Shown here: one piece after another, positions 59,511 to 64,000 of the stretch
Layout: every line of letters starts with the position of its first letter
How positions within the stretch are numbered: position 1 is the stretch's first letter
From: a virus
Reading direction: 5' to 3' (one strand)
Length of the DNA: 64,000 nucleotides
IMG/VR virus record: IMGVR_UViG_3300002835_000013
Made by a program: the position numbers and the translations under genes
The notes under the pieces: model-generated
Told to the model about the DNA's origin: nothing
The model's database searches: none
The model's input: the letters and a program-made list of their open reading frames with translations, nothing else

Positions 59511-59667
59511 CAAACATATCCCAAAAACCTGTTTCCCACCAACCTTCTTCCCACATATCAGCAAGAACCTCCGAAACACCATAATAAGGACAGTCAATAC
59601 ACAACACATCATCAACGTATGCCTTTACGCCTTCGTTATAGGCGATTTGTTTCATTTCATCGGTCAT
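59500..59667 (-). CDS. Small Rmf/CrpP-fold-like protein (55 aa)
   Basis: Below the track cutoff. AYNEGVKAY...CPY...WEEGW matches the A..G..A...CPY...W..GW pattern. Confidence 0.6.
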   Translation of the reverse strand: MTDEMKQIAYNEGVKAYVDDVLCIDCPYYGVSEVLADMWEEGWWETGFWDMFDDA

Positions 59668-59876
59668 AATTGACATCCTTTTAGGTCTGCGAGCAATCCT
59701 CTTAGCACGATACGAGTAAAAGCATCTTCGTTTTCATCCAATAGATTTTGAAGGTTCATGGCATAATATGCAGCATTATCACCACGAATAAACAAACCAG
59801 GCCAATCGTCGCCAAACTGTGTTGGTCCTGTTTCGACTCTCTTATCAAGTTTTACATCAATTTTTCGTATTATCAT
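59664..59876 (-). CDS. Hypothetical protein
   Basis: RVETGPTQFGDDWPGLFIRGDNA motif; start re-called to MIIRK. Confidence 0.65.
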   Translation of the reverse strand: MIIRKIDVKLDKRVETGPTQFGDDWPGLFIRGDNAAYYAMNLQNLLDENEDAFTRIVLRGLLADLKGCQL

Positions 59877-60084
59877 TAGGTAACTCCGGTATTTCCATCC
59901 AATGTGTAGGCGCATCACCCTCTACTTGTGCGTATTGTGATCGTTCATTCGTGCCAGAATAATACCATTCTTTCTGTTGAGAATACCAACGACCAAATCG
60001 TATCCATTTCTTTTCTTTATGACAGAGAAGATAATGATTGAACGGATGATCGTATGGATATGTTTCAATCGGTTGCCATGTCAT
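59857..60084 (-). CDS. DUF551-like protein
   Basis: WQPIET.P...PTHWM..PE.P motif. Confidence 0.75.
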   Translation of the reverse strand: MTWQPIETYPYDHPFNHYLLCHKEKKWIRFGRWYSQQKEWYYSGTNERSQYAQVEGDAPTHWMEIPELPNDNTKN

Positions 60085-61196
60085 AGATCACGCTTACCTT
60101 TCCAGAAAGCAACGATAACAGGAAAACGAAGTTTGCCGTCTTCCGTTTTGTTCTGATACCTCACGGTAACGTCCGTGCCGATATAATCATTAGCATTATA
60201 CAGCAAGTCCTTGAGCATGTCAAATGAGCCACGCACTCCCGAAAACTGTGTCGTTCCATCTTTCAAACGGATTTCCACACGCTTGGCAGCACCTGCCCAG
60301 TTACCTTTTCCTTCTTCGATAGAGACAATCTGGAACTCGTCGTCCTCAAACTCTTTATGCTTGATAAGGTTCTTAGAACGCTTGCCTTCATAAAGAGAGT
60401 CAGGAACACGGAGCATTTGGCCTTCGTAACCACTTTCGAGATAATGACCAAGCATTGTTTCAATTTCATTTTCGTTTTTAATCTCGAATGTCCTGACCAA
60501 ATTTATACAACTCTGAAAATATATTTTAAGGTTCGGAAAGAGAAAGTCGTAACGTTCTTCGAATGTGCCATCCATTATACAGTCATATACCCAATACTGT
60601 ATCATCTGCTTAGACTCTTCCAAATCAGCAGCAGTTGGCTTTGTCTTACGAGCCAGTGAAATGATCTTTTCAAAATCATTCTTGAGGTCATGATTATACA
60701 ACTCACCATCAAGAACCACATCAGGATATTTCTGAAAGAATGGTTCTAATGCCTCACGAATATGCGGAGCAGAGATGATAGACTTGCCATTGCGAGACTG
60801 CATACCATCTTTTGAAACGAGACAGCGAACACCATCAAGTTTCGGCTGTGAACAATACGGAAACTTGTTATGCTTCTTGGCATCATACTTGTCGGCCAGC
60901 ATACACTCATAGAACAAATCATCCTTCGACTTAGCAGCAGTAACGCTAGTATAATACTTGCCTTGAAACTGCTTCTTTACATAATGAGCATTTACTTCAT
61001 TAGCAACCTGCATAGCAACGTCGGTCGCATTGGCACGACCAACATTCTTTTCAGTAGGATACTGCCAACCCGAAACTACAATCTTGCCACCATCGATACC
61101 AGAATGTGTCCGATACTTCTCGCTGTCATGTTCGATCCACCAAACACGGGTCTTACCTTTAGTGTCAATCTTGTATAGTTTCGGAAGGCTAATCAT
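60081..61196 (-). CDS. ATP-dependent DNA ligase
   Basis: QPKLDGVR (motif I), LDGELY, GYEGQM, K.K.F.D and LRFP motifs; ATG at 61196. Confidence 0.93.
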   Translation of the reverse strand: MISLPKLYKIDTKGKTRVWWIEHDSEKYRTHSGIDGGKIVVSGWQYPTEKNVGRANATDVAMQVANEVNAHYVKKQFQGKYYTSVTAAKSKDDLFYECMLADKYDAKKHNKFPYCSQPKLDGVRCLVSKDGMQSRNGKSIISAPHIREALEPFFQKYPDVVLDGELYNHDLKNDFEKIISLARKTKPTAADLEESKQMIQYWVYDCIMDGTFEERYDFLFPNLKIYFQSCINLVRTFEIKNENEIETMLGHYLESGYEGQMLRVPDSLYEGKRSKNLIKHKEFEDDEFQIVSIEEGKGNWAGAAKRVEIRLKDGTTQFSGVRGSFDMLKDLLYNANDYIGTDVTVRYQNKTEDGKLRFPVIVAFWKGKRDL

Positions 61197-61357
61197 TACC
61201 AAAATCTCCTCACAAACAACGGCCCAAATCTGTAACTTCTATATGGGTTCCCACTGTTGAACCTTTCCACGATATGAAACGCCCAGTGTTTAGGATTCCA
61301 TATCCAGTGGATTTCAATCTTGTATAGTTTTAGAAGAGGATCGACCATTTGCCCCAT
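61196..61357 (-). CDS. Small aromatic-rich hypothetical protein (50-53 aa)
   Basis: MGQMVDPLLKLYKIEIHWIWNPKHW...; TAATG overlap with the ligase start. Confidence 0.55.
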   Translation of the reverse strand: MGQMVDPLLKLYKIEIHWIWNPKHWAFHIVERFNSGNPYRSYRFGPLFVRRFW

Positions 61358-61698
61358 TTCTCCTTACCAACAGGCTTACCAAAGTCTACTTCTTTGTGAA
61401 GTCTACTTTTTTGTGCCGAGTCAAAGATAAACTCTAACTTCTTTTCTCTCGGCCATTCTCTTAGATATTCATTTTCACGGTCGAACAGTTCGATATATTC
61501 ATCTTCGGTAACAACATGGTGCGAAAAGACTTCTTCTGAAATATGATTTTGCGTGACCTCTGTTAGAGAACTATCAGGTAGATCGACATTCCATACAACA
61601 TCATCAATGGCATTTTGATTTGGTTCATCATCAGGCAGTCGCACAGCATATACATGCCGAAATGTTGAAACGGTTTCTACTAGGACAATCTTGCTCAT
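61330..61698 (-). CDS. Hypothetical protein
   Basis: VLVETVSTFRHVYAV motif; GGAG upstream. Confidence 0.7.
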   Translation of the reverse strand: MSKIVLVETVSTFRHVYAVRLPDDEPNQNAIDDVVWNVDLPDSSLTEVTQNHISEEVFSHHVVTEDEYIELFDRENEYLREWPREKKLEFIFDSAQKSRLHKEVDFGKPVGKEKWGKWSILF

Positions 61699-61857
61699 TT
61701 ACTTTCTCCGAATTGGTTGATGGTCGTGGGCCCGCTGCAACAAAGAGTGATAAGAACCATAAACAAAACAAGGACCCCATCCAAGGTTCTTTCGTCTTTT
61801 TATTACCATACTACGCCAATATCTTCTCGGCGGCACTCGACCAGCCGTTCTAGCCAT
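61699..61857 (-). CDS. Small basic hypothetical protein (52 aa)
   Basis: MARTAGRVPPRRYWRSM...; fills the gap and abuts both neighbours. Confidence 0.45.
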   Translation of the reverse strand: MARTAGRVPPRRYWRSMVIKRRKNLGWGPCFVYGSYHSLLQRAHDHQPIRRK

Positions 61858-62044
61858 CTTTTTCATTATTTAACTCCACATACCAGTGACGGCAATAGAA
61901 ATGGTCACCGCAGGCATCTATCTCATGCTGCGGATAACCATTCTCTAATAGCCATTTGATCGTGTCTGTAACATCCTCTGGAAGAACTTTTGGAAAACCG
62001 TAAAGCCAACCAGAAGGTGGATCAATCATCTTAACCTTTGACAT
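61850..62044 (-). CDS. Hypothetical protein
   Basis: MIDPPSGWLYGFPK...WL.ENGYP motif; start re-called to MSKVK. Confidence 0.7.
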   Translation of the reverse strand: MSKVKMIDPPSGWLYGFPKVLPEDVTDTIKWLLENGYPQHEIDACGDHFYCRHWYVELNNEKDG

Positions 62045-62045
62045 T

Positions 62046-62243
62046 TCATTCACCCTGATTAAAGTTGAGGTTGACATTGTTATTGCGGAGATTGTTATTG
62101 ACCACATTATACTTGAAGCAAGCCTGGCTATTAGAGCTTCCGCTATTGATACAGTCTTGCATTAGAATGCCGTTATAAATAGCGGCAATAAGCGTAACGC
62201 CCATCAAAATCTTTACAAGAATGGAGAGTGTATCATGGCGCAT
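62046..62243 (-). CDS. Small membrane-anchored protein
   Basis: Hydrophobic N-terminal helix, two Cys, Asn-rich tail. Confidence 0.6.
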   Translation of the reverse strand: MRHDTLSILVKILMGVTLIAAIYNGILMQDCINSGSSNSQACFKYNVVNNNLRNNNVNLNFNQGE

Positions 62244-62622
62244 TTTTCAGACCTTTCTTGACTTCGTTTATATGAGAACACCACTTGCGATATCCGAAAG
62301 CCGTGCAATTACAAGAGAAACGTCCGAACGGACCGCTTGTAACCACATACTTTCTCTTTTCGCCATCGACCAGATATACACCGTCAGGACGATTTGATTT
62401 GTCAATCTTGATATCCGTTATATTGTTCTTATTGACGATGCGGACTGGGGCATCAATATCACCAGTCGTCAACATAAACTCGTCTTTGGATAGCCATGAC
62501 GGACGTGGCAGATAACGACCAACATATGTGTTAGAGTCTGGCTCATAACAAGCATGGGAACATTTATGCTTGTGAACATTTCTAACAGTAATCTTGATAC
62601 GTTTACCTACCAAGTCCATCAC
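62233..62622 (-). CDS. SWIM zinc-finger protein
   Basis: Y.V...FSCNCTAFGYRKWCSHI motif. Confidence 0.8.
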   Translation of the reverse strand: MMDLVGKRIKITVRNVHKHKCSHACYEPDSNTYVGRYLPRPSWLSKDEFMLTTGDIDAPVRIVNKNNITDIKIDKSNRPDGVYLVDGEKRKYVVTSGPFGRFSCNCTAFGYRKWCSHINEVKKGLKNAP

Positions 62623-62633
62623 GGCACTCCGAG

Positions 62634-64000
62634 TTAAGCAGCCTTAGGCTTATTATACCACATATCTTTGTAATCTTCAAGGTTCATTGTGCCCATTCGA
62701 GTGTTATGTTCCGCACGAACCATCCGAATGTTGCTACGATCATTGGAACCACCTTCATCAAGTGGAACAATGTGTGCAGCATGAGCATCTTTGAACTTGA
62801 GCGGCTTACCATCAATATAGCATTTGTTATCCTGACTCTGTAGAATTTGCTCACGCAATTCCTTGGTAAGGGTTTTGCGTGATTGTTTCACAACAAGAAT
62901 ACCATCTTCAATAAGGGTATCACAGTCCATAAAGCGATTTTCGATCCACTTGATATTATCAAGCCAACGATTTACGCTACCCTTACCGTGATTGTCTTTG
63001 AACATGGCAAAGCGATTGCGCTTTTCTTTGCTGTTATCATAACCATTGAGTAGCTGCAACGCATAGGCATCAAAAGTGTCTTTATGAAAGCGGATCCAGG
63101 CAAGACGGAACTGATCATAGTATCTATCCATGTCAGTAATCTTGAACGAGTCATAACGAGACTGATAAGTGAACCATAACCGAATAAGCATGATGCATTC
63201 ATCTTCGGTCATTTTCGCCTTAATGTCTGCTAACTTGTTTTCTGCCATTGCAAAAAGAAAATCAAGAACCTCTGTGACTTTCTTTCGCATAATGTCAGCC
63301 TGAGCCTGTGTTATGTTAGTATCATAATACATCTTTTCAATGTCAGGATCATCCACATTGCATGGCTTGGAACCATTATACACGATAGTAGCGATGCGAG
63401 CAACCAGACGATCATAAGTCAGACGATTAGGAGTGAACGTCAACCATTCACCAATCGTATCACCCTGGGTACCTTGCTTAACATCGAAAAGATCGTGACA
63501 GAAAGTCTTGGTCTTACGATCGGTACGAGCCAACTGACGAATAAGATTGGCAACAGGAACATCGCCAACGCCATTTACCTGCTCTTGATGATTAAGAGCC
63601 GTAAAGTTATTCGAGGTAGCCCACAGCATCGCTTTCTGTGTCGGCGACAGATTACGATAGATCACGATACGAACCTTGAAATTAAGGAACATATCACGTT
63701 CTTGGTCGGTCAAATCCGAATATTGCTTGTAACCGATCATCTTAGTTTCATAAGGATTGGTACAAAACTCTCCACGAAAGAATGCTCGGATCGCACGTTT
63801 GCGATGACCACCATCGATGGACTCATACTTTTCACGATACTTTAAACGCTCTTCTGGAGTGCGCTCATTGATCTTGATTTCACCAATGTCTGTGCCTTTA
63901 AAGATAGAAGACACGATACCCTGCCGTTTCGTGGCAGTCTTCTTCTTATCAGACTCAAACTTATCGTTGGTCGTATCAATTCGCTGATGGACAGGAAGGA
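62634..64000 (-). CDS. DUF262 (ParB/GmrS-like) plus C-terminal HNH protein; 5' end lies beyond the window
   Basis: Frame stays open to the window end (LPVHQR); SIDGGHR motif; C-terminal CYID...HAAHIVP..GGSN..N...HN. Confidence 0.8.
   Translation of the reverse strand, partial: LPVHQRIDTTNDKFESDKKKTATKRQGIVSSIFKGTDIGEIKINERTPEERLKYREKYESIDGGHRKRAIRAFFRGEFCTNPYETKMIGYKQYSDLTDQERDMFLNFKVRIVIYRNLSPTQKAMLWATSNNFTALNHQEQVNGVGDVPVANLIRQLARTDRKTKTFCHDLFDVKQGTQGDTIGEWLTFTPNRLTYDRLVARIATIVYNGSKPCNVDDPDIEKMYYDTNITQAQADIMRKKVTEVLDFLFAMAENKLADIKAKMTEDECIMLIRLWFTYQSRYDSFKITDMDRYYDQFRLAWIRFHKDTFDAYALQLLNGYDNSKEKRNRFAMFKDNHGKGSVNRWLDNIKWIENRFMDCDTLIEDGILVVKQSRKTLTKELREQILQSQDNKCYIDGKPLKFKDAHAAHIVPLDEGGSNDRSNIRMVRAEHNTRMGTMNLEDYKDMWYNKPKAA

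Overview
The window is a gene-dense segment of a T4-like (Tevenvirinae-type core) myophage genome, coded almost entirely on the minus strand. Bases 1-49.8 kb are the virion and packaging module. It holds the portal (gp20, partial), tube gp19, sheath gp18, terminase gp17/gp16, neck gp13-15, three S74-chaperoned fibres with accessory genes, a 2168-aa VrlC/DUF4815-like protein, baseplate gp8/7/6/25/53, a split gp5, gp2 and gp4. A plus-strand island encodes gp48/gp54/gp26/gp51 and a protein with three putative peptidoglycan-hydrolase domains. Bases 49.8-64 kb hold replication and accessory genes: gp32, gp59, gp33, a nucleotidyltransferase-like gene, an AMP-binding enzyme, an exonuclease, PhoH, a 2OG-Fe(II) oxygenase, a DenV-like glycosylase, DNA ligase and a DUF262-HNH gene. 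The most notable signal is an ORF-free RNA locus at 53.27-53.77 kb. It contains a circularly permuted, alphaproteobacterial-type tmRNA (tag ANDNVPFDFALAA). Directly upstream is a second structured RNA with its own late promoter. This RNA reuses the tmRNA acceptor and intervening-sequence stem and encloses a tRNA-like cloverleaf with a T-arm. All assignments come from motif recognition by eye; no searches were run.
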